Assembly (NCBI GenBank): GCA_043228905.1
Contig: JBHGNT010000013.1
Span: forward strand, 8,308,001-8,372,000
Reading direction: 5' to 3'
Length of the DNA stretch: 64,000 nucleotides
From: Azolla caroliniana
Taxonomy: Eukaryota; Plantae; Polypodiophyta
The translations under genes and the position numbers were made by a program. The notes under the pieces were generated by a model. That model saw only the letters and a program-made list of their open reading frames with translations. It was not told the DNA's origin and made no database searches. This document shows positions 24,501 to 35,442 of the stretch, in pieces; positions within the stretch are counted from its first letter, which is position 1; the number at the start of each line of letters is the position of its first letter.

Positions 24501-27500
24501 TGACGTACGTTTCTTGTGAACCACAACGTAATGTTGGGTCAGTTCGCTGATGACTGTATTCAGAAAGTGACTCCCTTGATCACTAATGAGCTCGATAGGG
24601 CAACTGAAATTACACCAGATGTGTTCGTAAATGAATTTCGTCGTGACTGCCACGGTATTCTCGCGTAGTGGTTTCACTTCTACCCACTTGGTACAGTAAT
24701 CCGTGGCCACCAGGATATACTTATTGCCTGTTCGAGCGGCCGCCGGGGAAAAGGGTCCCACAAAATCTAGCCCCCACTTTTGGAAAGGATCCAGTGGTAA
24801 CACTGGTTGGTGTGGCATTCTCGTGACTTCCGTGGGTTGGCCCAGTCGTTGACATAAATCGCACTGTTTGCAATATTCATACGCATCCTTTTGCGTAGTC
24901 TACTAAACATAAATTTTGACTCCGTACGGTCAGCCGTTCTTTCTCGTCCGTCCGTAATTGGGGTGGCGGTAACCCCGTGATTAGGAAGTAGGTCATTTCC
25001 ATTAGCCACCGTCCGGAAAAGTCTTTTCCGTTCATTCGGCTAGAATGGCTACACGCAGAATGTCCGCAACCGGAAAGTCTTCATCATCCTTTTGCATCGT
25101 TTCTCCATTATCAAGTCTGCTCAAGAAATCCGCCACCACGTGTTGTGTACCCGGTCGATGCTGAATGACAAAGTCAAATTCTTGAAGCAGCAGCATCCAT
25201 CTAGCCAATTTCCCCGTCACCGTTGTTTTCCTACCAAATATAGCAATGCCGAATGATCCACGTGAAACGTGAATTTCTACCCTAGCAGATAATGCCGGAA
25301 CTTATTGATGTTGTAGATCATACCCAACGCCTCACGTTTCGTTGTGGAATAGCTATGCTCAGCCGTTGATAATTTCTGACTAGCGTAGTACACTGGCCGG
25401 TACTAATTTGGCTCCATGAGTTGCATTAGCGCACTACCTATTGCTATGTCCGAGGCATCTACGAACACGTGGAAAGGCTTCGCCCAAACTGGTGGTTGTA
25501 CGATGGGTGTCTGCGTTAGCATTATCTTTAGCGCATCATACGCCTTCTCTTCCATTGTTGTCCATTTGAAAGGAGTTTGATGAACGGCGGCATGTAATGG
25601 CGTAGCAAAGTCTGCCAAATAGCGTATCATCTGACTGTGCCATCGTATTTGTCCCAGAAACCGGTTTAGTGCTTTCGTGTTTCTCGGTGTTTTCGCATGA
25701 GTAATCACGGAGATTTTGTTCGGATCGACCGCTATCCCTTCCTTACTGACTATGTGGTCGAGGAGAGCCCCATTGGTAACGCCGAAGGTGCATTTGGCGG
25801 GATTCAAGCTTAAGCGCGCTGTTCGGCAACGTTCCAGGCAAAGCTGTACATGCGTAAAATGGTCGGTTGTTGTCCCATATACCGCAAAATCATCTAAAAA
25901 AACTTGTAGGAAGGCCAGAATATATTCCCCAAAAATCTCCGTGATTGTTTGTTGAAATGTAGTCGGCGCCGTCTTTAGCCTGAACATCATGACAATTGCG
26001 ACATAGACTACCCAGTCCATGACAAACGTCGTCTTCTCTTGGTCATCGGGGTGCATGCGTACTTGATTGTACCCACTGAAGCCATCTAAAAAGTTGTACA
26101 TGTCATGCCCGGTGACAGCGTCCAATACGTTGTCGGTGAATGGTAAGGGGAATGCGTCGGTAATGGTTACAACGTTCAATTTCGGGCAGTCCACACATAC
26201 ACGTATTTTGCCATTTTTCTTTGGTACGACTACTACTGGGCTTAACCATGTAGCTTGTTTGACTGGTCAAATGAATCCGGCCTTGAGAAATTTGTCAATT
26301 TCTTCTTTTACGCGAGCCGCGTAGTTTGGGTTCATGCGGTATCGACGCTGCTGGACCGGTTTCGCATCTGTCGCTAAATTGAACTTATGTTGATAGAACT
26401 TCGGATCTAGCCCCTTTATGTCCTCGTGGGACCAGGCGAACACATCTTTATACTTCCTGAGTAGTGCTATCATCGTGTCTCTCTGATTCGACAGTAGTTC
26501 TTTTGCGATGGACAAGAATCAGGGTTCTTACTTCTTACAGGGCGGAGGCAGTGACTCATCGTGAAATTTCGATTTCCCTCTCGAATGCTGCCCTTGCTCT
26601 ACTTAGTTCTAATATTGACTCCGGGTTTGGTTCGTAACCCTCGTCGTGGGGTGCAGCAGGCGTGGCATACTCTGCCGCAGTTTTGATGACGTCGATTTCG
26701 AATAGCAGAATGATCTGGGTGCTCGTCTAGGTATACTTCTAATTCTGTATCATCCACCCCCACCAACATATTTATGTCCTCCGCGTATAACGGTGTTATG
26801 CCCTTCGGTTGTACCGTCATTTCCTGTGTTGGTACGCAAACCTTGGTGCGTCTGCGCCGAAAGCCGATGCACTTATGTTGCCAGCTCTGCTTGATATTTG
26901 CTGAACAAAGCCACGGTCTGCCTAGCAACATAGGATACGCTCCTGGGGCGTCGAGGGTGAGGAGTACCGCCAAGATGTCGAAGCGATGTCCTCCCACGAT
27001 AATGGCTAACTTGCGTATTAAACCCAATGGTTGTACTGAGCGGGTATCCACCATGCGAAGCCAAAACGGGCAAGCTTCCCATTCGGAAATTCCCAATTGT
27101 TCGCATGTCTTCGCGCTAATTACATTGACGCCAGAGCCGCCGTCGATTACGCATCCTGTGATTTCCTGACCATGTAGTATCAACTTAATAGCCGGATTGT
27201 GGTGATCCACCACTGTTGGTCCGGCGCTGATGTCTGTAAAATTTGCGGAGATGCTTACCCCAGGTCCGGTGGAATCGTAGGACTAGTTCAAGTAGCTTCT
27301 CCATGGTTAGCGTTATCTCACAGCCTACCAGTGCTTGCCATATGGGATCCGGAGATATTACATCTTCCTCCGACGGCTCCACCATGTTTGTGGACTCCTT
27401 CCGCATGCGTTCCGTATTTGCCGCGTTTACTTTTTCAACCCATGCTTGGGCCGTCTCACGTATCTCATCTTGCATAGTCCAATCAACATTTTTTGTTTGC

Positions 27501-29543
27501 TGGCGTGTCATCACTTGCTGCACTTCCGTTGTAATCATATTGACGGCAGGCCCCTTGCCCTTGCATAATGGGCATTACGTGGCATAATGTACGGGCTGTT
27601 GGCAAACAAAACAATGGACGCTAGATTCACCTTTCTCGGCAACTGGTGGTGTGTGCCGATCCCCAGGTGTGAATTGCTCCTCCCGGTCCTGTTTCGTTCT
27701 TCGGAGCATATGCGGTGCTTGTTGTTAGTCGCGGCGTGGTTCTTGGTGCGAGTCCTCTTCCGAACTTTCGTCGTACTGTCGTTGGTCTCGATACTGACGA
27801 TGTTTTCCGTGAGGCCCATTGAAGCCGCCACGTTTGTTCGTCGGACGATAATTCTCGTAGCGTCGGCCCCCCTTTATTATTTCTGTGGTTGCCATGGTAG
27901 TCTTCATCCTCTGGCTCGTCTTCCTTGGAATCATTGTTATTCCGGCAATTCCGGTAGTGCCGGTCATCGCGTGGGTTCCGATCCATATACCGGGGTCGTT
28001 CTTCTTGGCGCCTTTGCTCATTACGGCGAGGGGGCACTGTGTTTCCACGCTTCGTACCATGGGCATGGCTCTGTTCAACATATTGTACTCACACTGCTTG
28101 ACCGTGTGTGCTTTCGAGTGACAAATTGGGCAGTGGATTCGCATGTTGCAGTCGACTGCGGAATGCCCAGAATTCAAGCAAATCGTGCACTAGATTGCCT
28201 GGAAGAAGGGTCGTTCCTCGTCCTGAGGTAAAGCTTGCCGTAATGAAGACATGGAAAACCTGTCTTCTTCTTCGTCTAGCTCGAGCTGTAGTGCTTGTTC
28301 TATAACCATGTCGGCCATTTCACCTTTCACGCCACTATTGTTAAGCGTCGTCCGTATCGGTCGTCATAGAGCTTCCAGGAATGTCTCCCGAGCCTCATTT
28401 TCCGTCGGGCCCCATTCTAATTTTCGTCGGAGATTTTGGAAGCGTAAACTGAAATCCGCTACAGTTTCAGCCGACAATTGTTTACTTGTATAAAACTACC
28501 CGAGGATTTCGCGTTGCGGCACCTTCTGATGAAAGAAACGCAAAAAGGCCAACTGCAGCTGGTCGAAGGTCTTGATTGCTGGCAGATCCATCTGCGAATG
28601 CCAAAACGCGGCTCTCCCATCTAGAGTTAATCCAAACTCTGTCATTTTGGACTGGTGGGCAACTTCTTCGAGAAGGCTCTGCGCCATGTGATTTGCATTC
28701 CAGACATTTAGGAATAGGCGAATGTGGGTTGCGGCGTCGATTTCGCCGTTGAAGCGGGGATACGAGAAGGCCATGTTGGACCCTATAACGGGTAGGGAAG
28801 GACCACGGTGCTTGTGTGGTGAGCGAACTTTTTGTCTGTCGCCGGGGTATTTGGTGAGAGGGAAGTCGTCTTTGTGGTCCTGACAGGTATCATTGAGGTC
28901 ACTCAGGTGAGGTTTTTGTTGTGCGCGTTCCTCTGCCTGGCATGTGATGGACCTTGTGATTGGTCGGTCTTGTCATGTTGGTTCTCTGGGATGTCTGCGG
29001 CTAAACATCCATTTGTCGTTGTTCGTCTTTGAGAAGACATAGATCACCAAGTGTGCCAAAAGTGTTACCCATTAGGAACACAGTCTTCAGTCAGTCCTTC
29101 AACCTAGACCTCAAGGTGACTGCGTTGCCACGAATGGTACAGTCGTACCGTAATACGTAATGGAATAACTCTTCGTATCCTAGTAGCGTATAAGAGAGAC
29201 GACTACAACCGAACTCCCTAGACAGTGCACTAGTCACAACACTTGCACTCACGCCTATGCTTCTTACGATTACAGTGCTTACGCTACGCCACCAAGAATC
29301 ACAGACACACAGTAGATTAACCACAGATTTGCACAAGATATCAAAGAAGATAAAACTCTATTAAGATACACTCTATGCACCAAAATTTACACGCTACCTC
29401 TATCAGAGGATTTTTGCCCTTTATATACATAGGGTCTTTTAGCCGTTTACGGTTCCCACGTGAACCGTTTACATGCGTTACGTTTATACTATATTCTATA
29501 TTTTTGCGCTCCTGTCCGTCAATTACTATTCCGGGGGACAACA

Positions 29544-30446
29544 GTTTATGGGAAAGAAGCATTACTTCCTATCGAACTTGAGATCAAAAGTAACAGATTA
29601 ATGGAGGCATCACATCTCTCAAAAGGAAATGATGTGATGAGTCGTTTAGCGAGCAACCATCTACTACAATATTCAAGAGAAGAAGCCATGGAGCATTACT
29701 TAAATCAAGCAATGAAGAGAAAGGAGGCATATGACAAAAAACACAAGGGTAACCACATTGAAGAAGGATCATTAGTTCTTAGGTATGATAATAGATATGA
29801 TGTGATGAGTCGTTTAGCGAGCAACCATCTACTACAATATTCAAGAGAAGAAGCCATGGAGCATTACTTAAATCAAGCAATGAAGAGAAAGGAGGCATAT
29901 GACAAAAAACACAAGGGTAACCACATTGAAGAAGGATCATTAGTTCTTAGGTATGATAATAGATATGATGTGATGAGTCGTTTAGCGAGCAACCATCTAC
30001 TACAATATTCAAGAGAAGAAGCCATGGAGCATTACTTAAATCAAGCAATGAAGAGAAAGGAGGCATATGACAAAAAACACAAGGGTAACCACATTGAAGA
30101 AGGATCATTAGTTCTTAGGTATGATAATAGATATGATGTGATGAGTCGTTTAGCGAGCAACCATCTACTACAATATTCAAGAGAAGAAGCCATGGAGCAT
30201 TACTTAAATCAAGCAATGAAGAGAAAGGAGGCATATGACAAAAAACACAAGGGTAACCACATTGAAGAAGGATCATTAGTTCTTAGGTATGATAATAGAT
30301 ATGATTATATTCAAGGACAAAAGCTTGATAATAAGTGGGAAGGACCCTTTGTGGTTCACAAAAAGTATGGCAACGGAAGTTACCAATTGAAAGATGTAGA
30401 TGAAGGAAGCACTTCATTCTTATCGAGTCAACAAATGGCGCCTTAA
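29544..30446 (+). pseudogene. 3' integrase region of the Tat-like Gypsy with a 4x168-bp in-frame repeat
   Basis: Resumes VYGKEALLPIELE after the Gypsy-2 TSD; KWEGPF..GNGSYQL. Confidence 0.9.
29629..30304 (+). repeat. 168-bp (56-codon) perfect tandem repeat, 4 copies
   Basis: gatgtgatgagtcg at 29631, 29799, 29967 and 30135; copies identical by eye. Confidence 0.97.
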
Positions 30447-31007
30447 AAAGTATGTAAGTTGGGGACCTACTTATATTCCCCAAGTTACTCATGATATTGT
30501 TGATACCGATGGATGGGAGCAAGAAGTGGACTTGTTTCCCCATACATTTTTTTCTTAGTAGTCCATATTGTAGACCCATCTTTCTCTCTATTGACAAAGA
30601 GGATGATGGTAATAGTGATTATCATTTTTATTACAGAATGTGAGGTTTTTCCTACTGATTAGCGGGGGTTTTACTCACATCTTTTTATTTTCTTTTTGAT
30701 TATATCTCTCTCATTGTCTATAGCCAAGAGATTGGCGGGAGAGCTTTCCTTTGTTAAGTACTACAATTAAGTGCTTCGCCATAAATGACTTAGCCTCTAG
30801 CAAGGGGGAGGGCTAAATGTGAAAGTGTTTTTAGAATCTAAGCCATTGAACATTAGAATAATATAAAGTATGGATAATTCACATTTGGAGGCTAAGACCA
30901 TGAACCAAGACCTTAGGAAGAAGTCAAAAGTAAAAGTAAGAGACCAAGAGAAAAGTAAAAACATAAAAAGCGGACCATAAAAAATAGTAAAAAAGGAATG
31001 GTCATAA

Positions 31008-32332
31008 CCATATTTTAGTTGAGTAGCTAATTAGCTAAGTGGTAACTAATTAGCTACTACCATAGTTTAGTGCAGTAGCTAATTAGCTAAGTGGTAGGTA
31101 ATTAACTACTACCAAACTTTAGTTGAGTAGCTAATTAGCTACTGCCATAGTTTAGTACAATAGCTAATTAGCTACTACCATAGTTTAGTACAGTAGCTAA
31201 TTAGCTAACTGGTAGCTAATTAACTACCAACATAGTTTAGTACAATAGCTAATTATCTAAGTGGTAACTAATTAGCTACTACCAAACTTTAGTTGAGTAG
31301 CTAAGTAGCTAAGTGGTAGCTAATTATCTACTACCATAGTTTAATACATTAGCTAATTAGCTACTACGATAGTTTAATATAGTAGCAAATTAGCTAAATG
31401 GTAGCTAATTAGCTACTACCATAGTTTAGTACAGTAGTTAATTACCTACTACCATAGTTTAGTACAATAGCTATTCTAGTAGGGGATTAGCAATTCTTGT
31501 AGCTAATTAGCTATAGTCATAAGTAACTAATTAACTACTCTGGTAGCTAATTAGCTATTGTTATAGGCAGCTAATTAGGTACCGTGGTAGCTAAATAGTT
31601 ATTCTAGTAGCTATATAGCTATGTTCGATATACTATGGTAGTAGCTAATTAGCTACTTAGCTAAAGTAACTACTACCATACAAGTATGGTACTAGATAAT
31701 TAGCCACTATAACTAAAGTATGGTAGTAGCTAATTATCTACCACTTAACTATTTAGCTACTACCATACTTTAGCTGACTAGCTAATTAGCTATGTGGTAG
31801 CTAATTAGCCACTACCATACTTTAGTTATAGTGGCTAATTAGCTACTACCATGCTTCAGCTGAGTAGCTAACTAGCTAAGTGGTAGCTAATTAGCTACTA
31901 CCATACTTTAGTTGATTAGCTAACTAGCTAAGTGATAGCTAATTAACTACTATCACACTTTAGCTGTAGCTAATTAGCTACTACCATACTTTAGTTGAGT
32001 AGCTAATTAGCTACTACCATACTTTAGCTAAGTAGCTAATTAGCTAACTTGTAGCTAATTAGCTAGTACCATACTTTAGTTGAGTAGCTAATTAGCTAGT
32101 ACCATACTTTAGTTGAGTAGCTAATTAGCTAGTACCATATTTTAGATGAGTAGCTAATTAGCTACTATCATACTTTAGTTAGAGTGGCTAATTAGCTACT
32201 ACTATACTTTAGCTGAGTCGCTAATTAGATGCTAGCATACTTTAGCTGAGTAGCTAATTAGCTAAGTGGTAGCTAATTAGCTACTACCATACTTCAGTTG
32301 AGTAGCTAATTAACTAAGTGGTAGCTAATTAG
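31008..32332. repeat. TAGCTAATTAGCTA satellite array
   Basis: Same units; part of 31008-31630 is repeated at 33255-33480. Confidence 0.95.
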
Positions 32333-33254
32333 TGTGAAAGTGTTTTTAGAATCTAAGCCATTGAACATTAGAATAATATAAAGTATGGATAATTCACATT
32401 TGAGGCTAAGAACACGAACCAAGACCTTAGGAAGAAGTCAAAAGTAAAAGTAACAGACCAAGAGAAAAGTAAAAAGAGAAAAAGTGGACCATAAAAAATA
32501 GTAAAAAAGGAATGGTCACAACTCCATTTTTCACCCAAATATTATGTTTAAATATGGGTTAGAAATCTTGTAAAGAGAGCTATCTATAACATTTTGATGA
32601 GGGAGATATGACGATTAGAAGGTCGTTGGGTCTTAGCTAAAATAGGAGATAAAAAGCTTCTAAAAATAGCGTGAACGAGGAAGAAGAAGAAAATTATAAT
32701 AAAGGAGGGGGATTAGAAAGAAGAAGAGGAAGAAGGGTCTTAGTGGAAGGAGGGGATCATGATAGAGGAGGAGGGATCCTAATAGAAGAGGAGGAGGATT
32801 AGGAAGAAGGGTCTCAGTGGAAGGAGGGGATCATGATAGAGGAGGAGGGATCCTAATAGAGGAGGAGGATTAGGAAGAAGGGTCTTAGTGGAAGGAGGGG
32901 ATCATGATAGAGGAGGAGGGATCCTAATAGAGGAGGAGGAGGATTAGGAAGAAGGGTCTTAGTGGAAGAGGAAGGGTCTTAATTGTGGGTTTGAGTGATT
33001 GGTAGTAAGAAGGTCTTTGGTTTCTTAGTTGAATGTGGAGTTTATCTCCTTTATATTGTCTTGATATTGGAATATCATAACAATCTTATCTCTTTCTCAT
33101 CTTCTCTATCTTTTTTCTTAATTTCTTGAGTCTCTCTCTCTAATTCGTAGATACCATGATCTATATAATATATTATGAGTCACAATTCGATTTAACCGGT
33201 TTGGTCATGCCCTCATATAGTATAAGATTACCCTTTGTCTTAAACACCCTATCA
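32333..33254 (+). mobile_element. Solo LTR of the Tat-like Gypsy (922 bp, expanded GA-rich repeats); TSD ATTAG
   Basis: Full homology to 10484-11266; ATTAG on both sides. Confidence 0.95.
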
Positions 33255-33590
33255 ATTAGCTAGTACCATAGTTTAATACAGTAGCTAATTAGCTACTACC
33301 ATAGTTTAGTACAATAGCTATTCTAGGAGGGGATTAGCAATTCTGGTAGCTAATTAGCTATAATCATAAGCAGCTAATTAGCTATTGTTATAGGCAGCTA
33401 ATTAGGTATTGTGGTAGCTAAATAGCTATGATTGGTAGCTAATTAGTTATTCTAGTAGCTAAATAACTATGTTCGATATACTTAGGGAGCAATTTAGCTA
33501 ATACTAGTAGTCGTTAGTTATGGTCATATTCTGAGGTAGGTAATTAGCTATTCGGGTATGGTCATATTCAGAGGTAGCTAATAAGCTAAC
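33255..33590. repeat. TAGCTAATTAGCTA satellite array next to the transposase exon-1 donor
   Basis: Same units. Confidence 0.9.
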
Positions 33591-33637
33591 TAACTAAGCT
33601 CAAAAGTCAAAACAAATGTAGAGATAAATGTAAATAC

Positions 33638-34396
33638 CTGAGGTACATCAAGAAGATGAATGGGATGCTCCTCGAATTGACTCCTTCCAACACGTTTCCT
33701 GCATAAATCCTTCTTATTGGGTGAAACCCTACTCTCATTAGTCCAAAATATTGTGATTATATTCTTGATTTCTGTTGTTATTGGTGTCATTGGCATACAT
33801 CTTGTTGTTAGCTTTAGCATACTAGTTCCTTCACCCGAGGAAACTATCGGATTCAATGTATTGTACACACTTTTTCTACTAACACCAATTACCTTAGATA
33901 GCACACCGATGTTAATATTGTCAACATCACTATTAAGTAACATCATTAGAGTAGACCTGTTTAAGACAAGATTATCTTCTGAACAGCTCATGGATACGAA
34001 ACTATTACGGAGATTATTTACCAATAGAGATGTTATGTTTGCATTAAGACCATCACAATCAACTAACTCCTTTATCGATGGATCATTTAATATTCCATAG
34101 AGTACTACCTTCTTTTCTTCATTGCTGATGTGCTTGGTTTGAACATTGAAATAGTCTACAACCTTTCTCTCTATGATAGTAGTCTCATTACTTCCATTCT
34201 CACTGATATTTAAACCTATATCCCAACCAATACTATCTTTAGCTTTAGTGAGTGTGGCTTTCATATCCTTCAACAATTGACGATTTTTATTATTTTCTGC
34301 CCAATACTTTCATATTGCTTGTTGTGTCCTGATAGCGTCATCCCTATCCTGATGATCATTGAGGGGTAATTCTAAACACCCTCCTTCCCCTTCCAT
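33638..34396 (-). pseudogene. Probable first coding exon of the Sola2 transposase (N-terminal part)
   Basis: ORF 33590-34276 (..FWTNESRVSPNKKD..HLLDVPQ) ends at a CAG|GTATTT donor at 33638. It is on the same strand and inside the same TIRs as the catalytic exon. Candidate ATG at 34394-34396. Confidence 0.7.
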
Positions 34397-34554
34397 TTGG
34401 CTTGACGGGGATAAACCCTAATTTTCCCGAAAAAAAGACACGTATTAAAGATGGCTATGGGCAACAACAATACACAAAAATATTCCACAATACACAAGAT
34501 TATACACAACAATACCCAAGATAATTAATAGACAAAATAGTTATTCAAATCCAA

Positions 34555-35035
34555 GACCGAACAATGGCAGTAATCCAAGGGCGGCAGTGGAGGAGTGAAC
34601 TCCATTTTATCGAACAGTTTTGACAATCTAGGACCAAACAATGACGGCAACTGAGTGTAGAATGATGGCAATGGAGGAGTGAATTCCGTCGGATCGAATA
34701 GTGGCAGATGATGCTTGGAACGCACAGTGATGGCAACTGAGAGGAGAATGGCGGTAGTGGAGAAGGAGTTTAACTCCATCGGATCGAAAAGTGGCAGCAA
34801 TATACGACCTTCACAGTATCAGCAACCGAGTGTACAGTAGCGACAATGGAGGAGTGAACTTGGCAGATGATGCTTGGACTGAACAGTGGCGACAACTGAG
34901 TGCAGAATGGAGGCAATGGAGGTGTGAACTCCATCGGATTGAACAGTGGCAGATGATACTTGGACCACACAGTGCTGGTAACTGAGTGTAGAATGGCGGC
35001 AATGGAGGAGTGGACTCAATAGGGTTTAGCAACAG
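34555..35035. repeat. Degenerate ~85-bp subterminal tandem repeats of Sola2 (about 6 copies)
   Basis: Recurrent ctgagtgtagaatggcggcaatggaggagtgaactccatcgga units. Confidence 0.8.
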
Positions 35036-35320
35036 TGGTAGTAATGTAAGCCAAAATACTTAACCAAAGATAGCCCACGTGATGTGGCAAAGGATCATGC
35101 ATAATGGACCTCGGAATTCAGTATATAATTTATGGTGCACATATCAATCAATTTATGTTGCACATTTATGGTGCTCATTTATATAATTAAAACTCTCTAC
35201 TATTTTCAATGGTAGTTTTTTGCATAGCTAGTTTATCAATGGTAGCTCCTTGCAAAAATGACTATTTAGCAATGGCAGCTTTTTGCATAGCTAATTAGCT
35301 ATGTCAAGACATAGCTAATT

Positions 35321-35344
35321 GTTTCCACTCGCATGCTTTCACCC
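35321..35344 (-). repeat. Right terminal inverted repeat of the Sola2-like element
   Basis: Inverted copy of 2955-2978; followed by TSD CAAA. Confidence 0.9.
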
Positions 35345-35442
35345 CAAACATGAAAGACGATGGACAGGATCTTGCACCGATCATTAATCTTAAGCAAGCG
35401 CTTTAGAGCACAGAGAAGGAATCTTGGATAGATGCTATGCAA
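35345..35442 (+). mobile_element. Continuation of Copia-1 after the Sola2 insertion (start of RT region), truncated
   Basis: Removing 2955-35344 and one CAAA restores the frame STFTT-NMKDDGQDLAPIINLKQAL*STEKESWIDAMQIE, the Copia pre-RT 'AL...W..AM..E' motif. Confidence 0.85.

Larger units (their letters stand above)
19882..29543 (-). mobile_element. Ty3/Gypsy element (Gypsy-2, non-chromovirus, Athila/Tat-related) with long extra 3' ORF region; TSD GTTTA
   Basis: LTRs 19882-20362 and 29063-29543, flanked by GTTTA. Minus-strand gag (28774), two zinc knuckles, IDGGS protease, RT FLDD, RH, integrase WGLDFVGP. PBS-like TGGCACACTTGGTG at 29058-29045; TATA box on the minus strand. Confidence 0.95.
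10484..31007 (+). mobile_element. Ty3/Gypsy element, Tat-like with additional RNase H; interrupted by two nested elements; 3' LTR truncated
   Basis: 5' LTR 10484-11266 (TG..CA), PBS TGGCGCTCCAGGGAGGG, gag with CYSCQEEGHISTRC, VDSGA protease, RT FMDD, RH, aRH, integrase with EGPF. PPT AAGGGGGAGGG at about 30802-30812; 3' LTR starts at 30818 and breaks at about 31007. Confidence 0.92.
2955..35344 (-). mobile_element. Sola2-like DNA transposon, 32.4 kb with nested insertions (about 11 kb without them)
   Basis: TIRs GGGTAAAAGCATGCAAGTGGAAAC (2955-2978) and GTTTCCACTCGCATGCTTTCACCC (35321-35344), 22/24 match. 4-bp TSD CAAA (2951-2954, 35345-35348). GRG terminus and DFxENY / SDG..SQFK / HGK..HDG transposase motifs fit Sola2. 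Confidence 0.85.

Noticed and set aside
34525-35032. Proline-rich minus-strand ORFs
   Set aside because: Open frames across degenerate subterminal tandem repeats, with no domain signal.
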